A stretch of DNA of 27,365 bases from Vicugna vicugna (Eukaryota): the NCBI GenBank assembly GCA_013265495.1, contig MU058824.1:6219245-6246609 (forward strand), in the 5' to 3' direction. The position numbers and the translations under genes are program-made. Below, piece by piece: positions 10,401 through 20,768 of this stretch; the stretch's first letter is position 1, and each line of letters begins with the position of its first letter. Below the pieces are notes generated by a model. The model had not been told where the DNA came from. It saw only the letters and a program-made list of their open reading frames with translations, and did no database searches.

Positions 10401-11791
10401 GTACACTGGGGAGGGGGCGGGGGTGAGAATGAAGAAGTGGCGAAGATTCTTGATCCTGCATTTTGACTGCAGAAGTATTATAGATTCCGTTGAATAAGAT
10501 GAAATGAGGCTCTAGTGGGAAACCACGACTAGAAACCAGGAGAGTAGCCACTAGGGACTCACTGTGCAAGGAGGGAAGACCCCAGAAGAGCTGGTGATAT
10601 TTCTGTGGCAAATTTTCCCCCAAAGTCTTGACATATGGGAGCTGCTGACAAATGTGCAGCTGCTCTGATTTGCTTTCAGTATTCCAGCCAGCTTGGAGGG
10701 CTGTACTATCCTGTGTGTCAAGCGACTGCAGTGAATTCTCTGAAGATGTCTGTTGGTACTCAGACCACATTTGTTTTGAGAATGATGCCTCTTCCTTCTC
10801 TTTCTTCTCTAAATGCTGGAAGGCCATTTTCTTTTTTATTTGTCTCTCCAAGAGTTCCTGGATATTAAGGCCAAGGAAAGAATGGCTCATTGCCTCCATG
10901 TGCTTGGTAATAGAGTCTCCCCAGAGACAGGTCTCTGGTATATGGAAGGAAACAGGCTCACGCTGAAAATCAGAGTGTGATAATGTGGGGAGAAACACGG
11001 TGTTGGCATGAGCCTGCCACCAGGAGAAGTCTGAAGTTGACAGACTTGAATGATCAGTGCCTCTGATTGTTGGAACACAAGCGGACAACCCAGCAGGGCT
11101 ATCTAGAGGTGATTTCTCCAAAACAGGTTTCAGTAAGATGGCAAACGATTTAGACTGAGTGACAGTTAAAGTGCAGTCTGGCTGTGGTGAAACAGGCAGG
11201 GTTGGTGGTGCATGATGACAAGCAAATGAATCAGGGGGATTCACTGCCTGGGACAAAACTGGTAAGGAGTTGATATCTTGGGAAAAGGTGGGATCAAGAG
11301 AGAAGATGGTATTCAGAGGCATCGTGCCCTCTGCTGGGACAACAGGATCTGCTGTCTGAGTGTCATGTGTTAGGAGAGGGGGAAACGCAAGGGGTTGGGG
11401 TGAGGAATAGTCCACTGGGAATTCAGAATCCAAGGAAGGAAAAGACCCTGGTGCCAGAGAGTGACCCAGAGGTGAGGGTGAAAAAAAGTCAACTAAGGGG
11501 GTCATTGGGTTAGGTGAGAGACTAGAGTGGGGCAGTGGGGAAGGTTCAGACAGGGAGGCTGGTGCTAGGTCTCCTAGAGGGACTACTGAGAAGGCAGGGG
11601 ACAGAGTAAATGATGACTCAGTCACAGGAGATGTAGAAACCAAAGGGGATGCAGAGGAAGTAGCATCTTCCAGGGCCTCCGGGTACAGCAGCCAGTTGAC
11701 CTCAGCCGTTGCATTATTACACACCTCACAGAAGGGGTCTGGACATAACAGTTGACGAAAGCGGGTGGTATCATCATGCCGGCCCAGGGGG
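7495..11791 (-). CDS. SPATA31: SPATA31/FAM75 family gene A, exon 4 (giant terminal exon); alternative in-frame acceptor would start it at 11815
   Basis: Uninterrupted frame of about 1430 codons with family motifs FRQLLCPDPFCEVC, QLFWGLPSLHSESL, CGVSFH, LEAHILRFRVSQRWGLP and MTAIGKILEEKL. Acceptor cctgtctcctgcag|c has a phase matching exon 3. The ORF-track 'M' at 11724 is an internal GTG (Val). Confidence 0.95.
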
Positions 11792-11815
11792 CTGCAGGAG
11801 ACAGGAAGTACAAAG
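11129..11815. repeat. Near-identical paralogous tract A (partner 25146-25832)
   Basis: 687 bp at a constant offset of 14017, with 4 mismatches by eye and no indels. Confidence 0.95.
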
Positions 11816-12070
11816 CTTCAGCCAGGACCAGAACAAACATGAAACCCTGGCAGTTCTGGCAATAATATGGCTGCCCAGTGTATACTATCCTTTCACATTC
11901 TTTTACTTCCTTAATCTCACAGTGTATCTTTTATCCCTTTCTCCAAGGCTTTCCCATTCTGAATCTGAGGATTTTCTCTCCCATGTCAATCCCAGGCTTC
12001 ACTGAGGCTCTAGAAATTCAAATACTCCATTAAAAAGAGGGATACAGGAAACAAGGTAATGTTTAGTCAC

Positions 12071-12131
12071 CTTTGTAGAAGAGAAAGCACCTTCCTTTCC
12101 TCCTCTGCTTCGCTCTGGCAAGCTCTTGAAC
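12071..12131 (-). CDS. SPATA31: SPATA31 gene A exon 3 (61 bp; GSRACQSEAEEERKVLSLLQS)
   Basis: ttcttag|...caaag|gtgact splice sites; phase 1 in, phase 2 out. Same size as gene B exon 3, and resembles the SPATA31D QREEEEERKLLSLLKS segment. Confidence 0.9.
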
Positions 12132-12259
12132 CTAAGAAACCAGGAGTGTGATGAAAAAGAGACCTTACAGGAGGCTGAGTAGAATGTCCTTTAGTGGGAC
12201 CCTTGGTGGATTGGACTTAGAGAGCCCCAAGAATTAGGATACAGGATCACATGGTCAAT

Positions 12260-12455
12260 GATAATAATAACAAGGCTCAAACATGTATGTTGCTTTATCA
12301 TTCACAAAGGGCTTTTATAAGTGTTATCCCATGTGATATTCAGAACCACCCTTTGAGAAACATAGCTCAATGGTTATTTACCTCAAAGAGGAATCTGATC
12401 ATCCAGGAAGTCAAAGGACTTTTACAAAGTCAGGACACAGAAGTTCTGACTCTCA
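12260..12455 (-). mobile_element. MIR SINE remnant in intron 2 (paralogous copy at about 26285-26445)
   Basis: aataataac...gctttat...cacaaagggctttt...aaccacccttt gag...gaggaatctga...gacttt..caaagtca matches the reverse MIR core. Confidence 0.6.
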
Positions 12456-13378
12456 ACATCTCACATGGCCACCTGCTGGGAAACACCCATTGCCCAGGTC
12501 CATCACTGCTTCAAGCCCAGCAACGGGCAGAGCAGGGAATCTGAGAAGTGTCTCAGGCTCCAACTGCCTTCCCATGAACCTCTACTCTGAGAGCTCTGGG
12601 TTCTGACAGGGACTGTATCTAGCAAGTGACGTCCTCAGAGATCATGGACATGGGACCTCATGGAAAGGACAGGAAGGGTCACCCTTGGAGAGATCAGGTG
12701 GAATAGGCAGAACTTTACCTTTCGATGTTCCACCTTTCCTTCTCCTCTTGGCTCTGCCCTGATGCTGAGAACAAAAAGAAAAGAATGAGGGGCTGAGACT
12801 CATTTCTCTCTCCTCTCTGGGAGACTCAGATATTCATTACCCATGGTTAATATGAGTCTCTACTTTAATTAATAGAACTTTGTGTTCTATCCTTCGACCA
12901 ATTTTAAAGGTTTAAAATGTTCCAATTTTTCCTTCCTTGAAAAACTCAAAGACTTTTGTCTGTAAGGTCCACACTTGATATTCTCAGAAGTCATCTGCTC
13001 AAGGAGGGCAGAGAATCTGAGGCCAACAGTCACATCCGTGTCCCTCAGATAGGACCCTGTATCCTGGAGCCCTACCTCCGGACTCTGTTCAGAGGCTCAG
13101 CACTGCTGCCCTGATCAGCCCAACACAAAGGAAGGCTTGGTGGAGAGATTCCTGACATGGGAATGTGACTCATGATCAAGTGCTGGGGAACTCTGTTCTC
13201 TTGCAGAGATCCCAAACTCTCACTAACCCAGGGCCAGGAACTTACTGTTTGGGATTTTACCCTGGAATCCTCTGAAACACTCAGACGGTGTGCGGGCTTC
13301 AAATGGAAGCCTTAGTCCTCCTGAACCCCTAGCCCTGCCTGGTCTATTTCCCTAGAAGGATGGTGTTCTGTCCTCTCC
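12431..13378. repeat. Near-identical paralogous tract B (partner about 26422-27281)
   Basis: Intron 2, exon 2 and intron 1 sequences are almost identical, apart from a few substitutions, a gap of about 88 bp and a 4-bp duplication in gene B. Confidence 0.93.
12719..12764 (-). CDS. SPATA31: SPATA31 gene A exon 2 (46 bp; HQGRAKRRRKGGTSK, NLS-like basic patch)
   Basis: tttttgttctcag|cat...aaag|gtaaag splice sites. Matches the SPATA31D HQGRAKRRRKGGT segment. Confidence 0.93.
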
Positions 13379-13474
13379 TTGGACTTCCCGACTCAGGTAT
13401 CTCTCTGACCCAAACAAACTCATTGAGAAATGTTAGAAAAGGAATACGAAAATAAAGATTCATCCTTTGAGGGG

Positions 13475-16400
13475 TAACTTCTGCTTCCAGCTCCAACATT
13501 TAAAGAGCCTGGGAGTCATCCCTGCAGTCTTGAGAAGAAGCAAAAAGCTGAACAAATTGAAAATCAGACTTTCCTTGGAGCATTAGAGGATTGAGGCTGC
13601 AGAGCAAACCACTCTCCAAAATCTTCAGAGAGGATAAATGCAGAGAATTGTAGTTGAAGTCACCTTACCTGGAGCAGAAGCCACTGAAGCCAAAACTGGT
13701 AGGAACACTTAAAATGACACTTTGACAAGTTGGTAGAGGATGCATGTGGGCTAGCACGAGAGTGAGAAACTCCTAGAGTCACTATATTAGGGGGACCTCC
13801 ACATATTCATGGGTTTTACCTATAGGAACCCTGCCAGATTCTCAAAGTAAAGAGCCATGAAAAATGCTTATGTTTCTGGTGGGGGAGTGTAGGAATGGGA
13901 AAAAAGGTAACAATTCTGAAAGCATTTTGAAATATCCCCTGAATGTTCTCCATAACAGGAGCTTACTCAGCAGAGGAAAAGACTACCAGAGTCTTATCCC
14001 ATGTGGGAGAAGGGAAATTATCCAACTCCAGCTCCCTCTAGCCTTCCTGTCTCTTCTAAAGAGTGAAAAGAAAGAAAGAGAGGAAACAATTAGAAATGCT
14101 CATGAACATCAAAACCCAGGAACACATGCCCGCTAAAAGGCATTTAATAATATTCCCTTCCCCAGCCGCTAACTATCACACATCAACAGGGCTCCAGGAT
14201 GATAATAGAGGATCATAGCTGAGAGAACTGCAAGACATAGGCTCTATATGAAGAGGAGATTTAGGGAAACCTAAAGACACCGGGGGAGATTAAAACAAGG
14301 ACACTACAGGAAGTTGAATTCTCTGACCTACAGCTACAGTAAATATTAAACACAACCCAACACCTAGACAGATTAACAGAAAATTTCACACTAAAGGTCT
14401 CTTTACTTCAGTTCCTATTACCCAGTACATCATGTCTGGCTTTCAACAACAACAACAAAATGCAAGGTAAGGTAAAAGACAAGAAAAAGCAGTCTGAATA
14501 GATAAAGCAAGCATCAGATCGACATTTAGATATGACACAGATTTTTGAATTATGACACATGGAATCCGAAATAACCTTATATGCTAAGGGCTCTAAGAGA
14601 GAAAGTAGAAACATGCAAGAACAGATTAACAATAAACAGAGGAAAGGGGAACCCTAAGAAAGAATCAAAAGGAAATGTTAGAAACCAAAAACACTAACAG
14701 AAATGAAGAATGCTTTTAATTGGCTCATCTGTAGATTGCCTATGGCCAAGGAAGGAATAAGTCAGTTTGAATATATGTCAATAGAAACTTTACAAACTGA
14801 AATGTGAGAAGAAAAAGAATTTAAAAAAATTTAAACCCAGAATATCCAAGAATTGTGAGACAGTTTCAAAATATGTGACATACATGTAATTGAAATACCA
14901 AAAAGAAGAGAACAGAGCAGAAGAAATATTTGAAGAAATAATGGCCTAAGATTTTCCAAAATTAATGATAGATTAACCATAGATTGTGGAAGCTCAGAGA
15001 ACACCAAGCAGTATAAATACTAAGGAAGTCTATACCTGGACATATTTTATTAAAGCTGTAGGAACCTGAAAGATAAACTCTTAAAAGAATCCAGAGGAAA
15101 ATAAACATCCTACTGCTAGAGGAACAAGGATAAGAATTATGGGCTTGTCATAAGCCATGCAAACAAGAAGAGAACAGAGTAAAATATTTAAACTGTTGAA
15201 AGGAAAAAAAAAAAACCACCATCCTAGAGCTTTATATCTAGTGAAATTATCCTTCAAAAGTGAAGGAGAAATAAAAACTTTCTTAGACAAACCAGAGAAT
15301 TCATCAGCAGCAGACCTGCCCTGAAATAAAAGTTAAAAGAAGTTCTTCAGGGAGAAGGAAAATGATAACTTGGATCTACGTACAAAGAGGGGAGAGAAGG
15401 AATAGATGAAGGTAAAATGAAACTTTTATTTTTTATTCTCAATTGATCTAATAATATTAATGATGATGTATTGGGTGATTACAATATATGGATAAGTTAA
15501 ATGAATGACATCAATGTTACAAGGGACAAGAGGGTGGAATTGAGAACTCTGTTATAAGGTACCTGCACTACCTATGAAGTGGTATATGTTATAGGAAAGT
15601 GGACTTAGATTAGTTATAAAAGGATATTACAAATTCTGGGGCAACCACTAAAATATTTTTTAAAGAAGACAACAATATGCTAAGAGAAGAGAGAGCATAG
15701 AATCATATAAAGTGCTTGTTTAAAACCAGAAAAGGCAGAAAAAGAGGGGAGGGGGAAAAGTTGTCTATAAATGCTCACTTTAAATATAAAGATACAGATA
15801 GATTAAAAGTAAAGGGAAAGAGAAAACTGTACCATGCTAACACTAGCAAAAGAGCACAAGAGGAACTATATTAATTTTACACAAAGTAGACTTAAGAACA
15901 CGGAAAATTATCAGGGATAAAGTAGGGCATTACATAACAACAAAAGGGTTAATTCTCCAAGAAGATGCAACAGTTCTTAACATGTATACTGTCTAACAAC
16001 AGAGTGTCAAAATATGTAAAGCAAAAACTGGCCCAACGGCAAAGAGAAATAGATGAATCCACTGTTACTTTTGGAGACTTCAATACTCCTCTATCAGAAA
16101 CGGACAGATTCAGCAGACAGAAAATCAGTAAGGATATAACCTGAACAGCACCATCAGTCAACTTGATCTAATTAGCATTTATAGAATACTTCATTCAACA
16201 ATAGAATACAAATTGTTCCCAAGTACACATGGAACATTGACCAAAACAGACCACATTCTGGGCCACAAAACACACCTTAACACATAAAATAGAAATCATA
16301 AAGTACATTTTCAGACCATAATGGAATTAAACTAGAGATCATTACAAAGGGATAGCTGGAAATGCCAAAATGTTTGAAGAATAAACAGCATGCTACTAAC

Positions 16401-16550
16401 ACATGGGTCAAGGTAGAAATCTCAAGAGAAAAAATATTTTAAACTAAATGAAAATTAGAATGCAACTTGTCGAAATTTGTGAGACACAGCAAAAGCAGTA
16501 CTTAGAAAGAAACTGATAGGATTGAATGCATCAATTTGAAAAGAAAGACT
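13475..16550 (+). mobile_element. Old LINE-1, 5' portion only (5' UTR, decayed ORF1, ORF2 endonuclease region), antisense within intron 1 of gene A
   Basis: ORF1-like gaagctcagagaacaccaagcag and aaattatccttcaaaagtgaaggagaaataaa. ORF2-EN-like ggagacttcaatactcctctatcag, agaccacattctgggccacaaaaca and tcagaccataatggaattaaactaga. Ends just after the AKAVLR motif (gcaaaagcagtacttaga). Confidence 0.92.
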
Positions 16551-16581
16551 TAATACCTTTGAGGGGCTTTGGTTTACTGAC

Positions 16582-16797
16582 CTGATTGACGTTTCGCTGT
16601 TTCCAAAATACTGGGAAACATGAATTCCTCTTTAGGTAGCACAGTGAAAGAAGGAGGAACCCCACCCCACACACAAAGGCAAGGATGGGAAAACCTAGGA
16701 AGTTGAGCAGGAACTCAGCCATGATGTAATAAGGCTTCTCAGAAAGAAGATGGTCTGAATCATCAGAAGTGCATTGCTGCATCCGGCATCTGGGCAT
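16582..16797 (-). CDS. SPATA31: SPATA31 gene A exon 1 (72 codons, with transmembrane helix)
   Basis: MPRCRMQQC...FLGFPILAFVCGVGFLLLSLCYLKRN...NVNQ then donor cag|gtcagt, phase 0. The CGxGxxxL hydrophobic segment is typical of the SPATA31 N-terminus. The four exons sum to 4620 nt, an open frame of 1539 aa. The start Met could be M1, M6 or M26. Confidence 0.88.
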
Positions 16798-18158
16798 TGA
16801 GAGTGCACATTCTAGACTAGAGTTCTAGGCCCACATCACAGAGGTTTAGCATAGACTCCAAAGGTTCTTGAGGGTGGGGGAGGGGACAACACAGGAGAGA
16901 TGAACCCACAACCCTTCCCCTACCACCTAGTCCACCATATCTGTCCATCCCTCCAGGGCCCTTTAGATACCTCTAACTTACCTTCCACCTCCATACATTC
17001 CCCAGACCCAGACCATATATTACCTTAGTGAAATTTTCTATTTATTCCATCTGTTACCCAGATATTACCTGAGACTCTTTTACTGCTTGGTGATCTCTCT
17101 TTGGACCCCACATAAGCTTTAAAAGTCTGCTATGCCCAGGGATTTACACCTCAAGATCCACTCTGCCCTCAACTACAGCTTCTTCTCAAACATAATGTTT
17201 TTACCTGTGTGAAGTCAGAAATATACCCAGCAGCAGCCCCACACCGTCCCACATCTCCTAGAAAGAATCCACATTACCAAAAAGCATGAGAATACAGAGT
17301 AGCCTGTACCAGTGAACAGGAAGCATGACGAAAAGGGAAATGGGCATGGCACACCCATGAACCCACGGCAAGCAACTTAAAAATCTTAGTACTTCTTTTT
17401 CCCCAAAAATCCCACTTAGGCTGTTCAGCTCCCAAGGGTCCTCAGATCTAGCTCCCTTCACCCATAGTGTCTCAACCCACTGCTCCTCCTTTCTTCTGCC
17501 AAATCCTGTCTCTCCCCACAACATTTAACATTTTTCCTTTATTGTGCAGGACACAACCTGCAGGACCAAACTCATCTTGATTTAGGGAGTAGGTTTCTCT
17601 TTGGCATAACTTCTAATGAGCAGTTACATTTAGAGACAGCTTTTGGCTTTTTTGAATCACAGGTATGGTTACTTCTTCATGAAAAGTTTTATGATTTTTT
17701 TCCCCATCTATTTGCTAACTTTTCACCAAAATTCCTTTTGGCATGGCTATACCTTTTTAAACAATAGTCATTTTTGTTGTTACATTTGGTGTATATGTAT
17801 TGACTTTATTTCCTTATGCTAGCTAGTCATTTAATAGTTGTAACCCTTATAGCTTCATTATTTAGATTATAAACTGCTGAAATTAAGCCCTGTGTCATTT
17901 CCTTGCTTTGCATGCCTGCATTCCCTTGCTGATTCCAATGAATCAGTCTTGACCCAGACATCCCCATTCTTTCCCTCCCATATGAGGAAGCTTTACCAGT
18001 AGTGACAGCTCTTTCTCTGCCTGTCTTCTGCATCCACAGCTCCACCATTTTTGCTACCCAAAAGAAAAGCCCACCCCATCTCACATACCCTCCTCCCTTG
18101 CCTGCAGGAGATGTGTCTGTTCAGAAAAAATCCCTCTACATATCTTTGTATCTCTGGT

Positions 18159-18179
18159 ATTGTTGTTGTTGTTGTTGTT
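18159..18179. repeat. (TTG)n microsatellite
   Basis: tgttgttgttgttgttgtt read directly from the sequence. Confidence 0.9.
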
Positions 18180-18309
18180 AACAGAAAGTCTAGTCCTGAC
18201 TGTCCCTAAGGTTCTTATGTTTCATGACTGTAAAACCATCCTTTAAACTCTGAGCAAGATAAGCTCCACCAAAAATTTTTCCAGGTGAGTAGGGGTTATA
18301 AAAATGACA

Positions 18310-18870
18310 CATCAAATATACTCTTAAAAAAATGGCCTTGTTATAAAAAAAGACTGAGAAACACTGATCCAGATTAAAGGAGACAGAAGACACATGTCAA
18401 CTAAATGCAATATGTGATTCTACACTGAATCCTGTAATGGAGGTTTTTTTAAAAAGCCACAAAGGACATTACTCAATAAATTGACAAAAATGGAATATGA
18501 ATGAGATATTAATTAAAAGTTTTATGCCATTGTTAAATTTACTGAAGGGGATAAATTACTGTATGTAAGAAAATCTTGTTCTTAAATACACAATGATACT
18601 CAAGGAGAAGGTGCATGATACAGGAAATGTATTCTCAGATGTTCAGGAATGTATGCATATTTTTCATATATATGTGTATGTGTGTTTATTCATATAGAGA
18701 GGAAAGGGAGGCAGGGACTGAAGGAGACAGAAACAGACATAAAGAGACAGGAGAGAGATTGCAAATGGGTCAAAGTGTCAATAGGTAAGTCTGGATAAAG
18801 GGTAGATGGCTTTACCAACCATGCAACTTTTCCACAAGTTTATTTTCAAATGAATACATTTTAAAAAATA
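18310..18870 (+). mobile_element. Ancient L1M (L1MC/ME-like) 3' end
   Basis: ccagattaaaggagacagaagacacatgtcaactaaatgcaatatgtgattc...gcaacttttccacaagtttattttcaaat resembles old L1M 3' termini. Confidence 0.7.
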
Positions 18871-19329
18871 TATTGACTGCTGTTCTGAATTGTGCATAAC
18901 CTTTGAGATTTCTGGCTTTGATTCCTGCAGCTGCCACCACCACCATATCCAGACCCCAGAAGGGTTTAATGCCAACTATAAAATTTATCTCAGGTTCTGT
19001 CCCAGGCAAGGAATCTGGGATCCTCTGCACATTTCAGCAGTTTTACAGAATGCTGGAGAATAGCAACTACCACCTAAAAAACAAAAAAGGTCTTTCAAAC
19101 TTATTCACAATATGAAAAAGGACCCCCAATTTGTTTTCTTATCTGGTGCCACCACATCATTCATCTTCTGGGGTTCTGTGGTGTGAACTGGTTTTCCAGT
19201 GCTTTGTCTGCTCTGCTTGTCAGCGACCACTCCTTCACCAGATTTCCATCTTCCAAAAATGTGTTGACATCTTTTGTTGTATCCTCTCTCCTTCTTGTTA
19301 TCTTGAAGTGCTTACTCTTTTTAAATTCC

Positions 19330-20062
19330 TTGTTTTAACCGCTTTATTGAAATATAGTTCACATACCATAGAATTCACCCATTTAAAATAATTCTAGGAT
19401 TTTTAGTATATTCACAGACATCTGCTTCACTAGAGTCAATTTTTAAAACATTTTCCTGACTTCAAAAAGAAACCCCGTAAACTTTAGCTATTATCCCCCT
19501 CATCCCCCGGGCCTAAGCAACTACTAATCCACTTTCTGTCTTCTCTAGGGCTCCCTATTCTGGACATTTCGTATGAATGGAATCATACATGGTCATTTGT
19601 AACTGGCTTCTTTAACTTAGCATAATGTTTTCAAGGTTCATCCATGTTGTAGCATTTATCAGTGCCAAAAATATTATACTGTATGGATATATCGTATTTT
19701 ATTTACCCACTCATCAGCTGATGGATATTTGGGTTGTTTCCACCTTTTAACTGTTATGAATAATACCACTATGAACATTTGTTTACAAATTTTTGTGTGG
19801 ACATATGTTTTCATTTCTCTTGCATGTATGTACCTAGGAGTGGAATTGCTGGGTCATAATGGCAACTCTATGTTTAACATTTTGAGATACTGCCAGACTG
19901 TTTCCCAAAACAGCTGCTCCATTTTTCATGTCCATGAGCAATGTAGTAGGGTTCCAGTTTCTTCAAATTCTCACCAACACTTGCTTTACTCTGACTTTTT
20001 GATTCTGGCCTTCCTTGTGTGTGTGAAGTGTTATCTTAGCAGCTTTGATTTGCATTTCCCTA
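19330..20062 (-). mobile_element. L1M (L1MA/MB-like) 3' end, reverse orientation
   Basis: gctttattgaaatatagttcacataccata...ttcacccatttaaa; tggcttctttaacttagcataatgttttcaaggttcatccatgttgtagc; cctaggagtggaattgctgggtcat; ends at ttgatttgcatttccct. Confidence 0.92.
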
Positions 20063-20420
20063 GTATACCTCTTCACGTCCCCCACCCTGGGCCCCATCCC
20101 ACCTTTTGTCCCTCCCAGGGCCTCCAGAGAATCTGCCTTCTGCAACCATAAGCGTCAGATAACGTAGGATCAATGACCTAACTCTGGATAAGAAGATGAA
20201 AGTAGGGAGAGAAGGCTATAGTGGTCATCTATTTTTTGGTGGTTGTTGTCGTTTTAACAGCCAGCATCCATAAGTCTGTTTGGAAGAACTACCTCAAGTG
20301 CTCTCTAGGACACTCACACTATTTTTGAGTCGCAGACAGTACAAGTGGAGTTGCCTTCCGTCTAGACCTCAATTATAAGGATGGGTATGTGTGCAGCTTT
20401 GGTCAAAAAAAAAAAAAAAA

Positions 20421-20768
20421 AGCAGGCCCATGGTGAGCCCTCAAAAATCTGTAACCCTAGTGCATAGTCTAGGACTCACCTCTGGTTCATGAGCTGCAGG
20501 TATTCTGGGGGAGGTCTACCATGCCTCCACCAAGGATATTAATATCAAAGGTGGCCCTCCATCCTGATAGGTGAACTGTACACAAGATCTTGTATACTGC
20601 TATCAAACATAGATAGAAGGAAAGCACCAAGTTCACCTTCCTCAAAGAGGGGGATGCCATGCTCGATGACATCCCTGGATATATTGTTCTAGCACTCAAG
20701 GATACCCCCGTTCCTTTTTGGTGTAAGGCATGGGTGTGGTGTGCAGTGTTCTGATCAGCCTCAAGGAC
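20421..20768 (+). pseudogene. DNAJB5: DNAJB5-like (class B Hsp40) pseudogenic exon fragment
   Basis: 20581-20709 translates HKILYTAIKHR*KESTKFTFLKEGDAMLDDIPGYIVLALKDTP versus recalled DNAJB5 DKILHIVIKRGWKEGTKITFPKEGDATPDNIPADIVFVLKDKP. Upstream DSPLVHELQV / EVYHASTK matches DPPVVHELRV / EIYHGSTK, and downstream SVLISLKD matches SALISLKE. It has frameshifts and a TAG at 20614-20616. Confidence 0.88.

Noticed and set aside
7391..11078. Many 60-165 aa ORFs overlapping or antisense to the giant exons (also 21734-26027)
   Set aside because: Shadow frames of a long coding exon with no recognisable domains and mostly non-ATG starts.
7495..11724. Treating the 1409-aa and 1414-aa ORFs as intronless genes starting at 'MCNNAT'
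   Set aside because: The 'M' is a GTG Val codon. The frame continues upstream to a splice acceptor, and upstream exons with compatible phases exist.
13072..13302. 76-aa ORF present identically twice (also 26975-27205) as a possible conserved small protein
   Set aside because: It has a non-ATG start and lies in intron 1. Its identity is explained by tract B, where surrounding non-ORF DNA is equally identical.
20405..20421. A17 run as a retrocopy poly-A tail
   Set aside because: It lies on the 5' side of the DNAJB5-like match rather than its 3' end, with no TSD seen. It is more likely a mononucleotide expansion.
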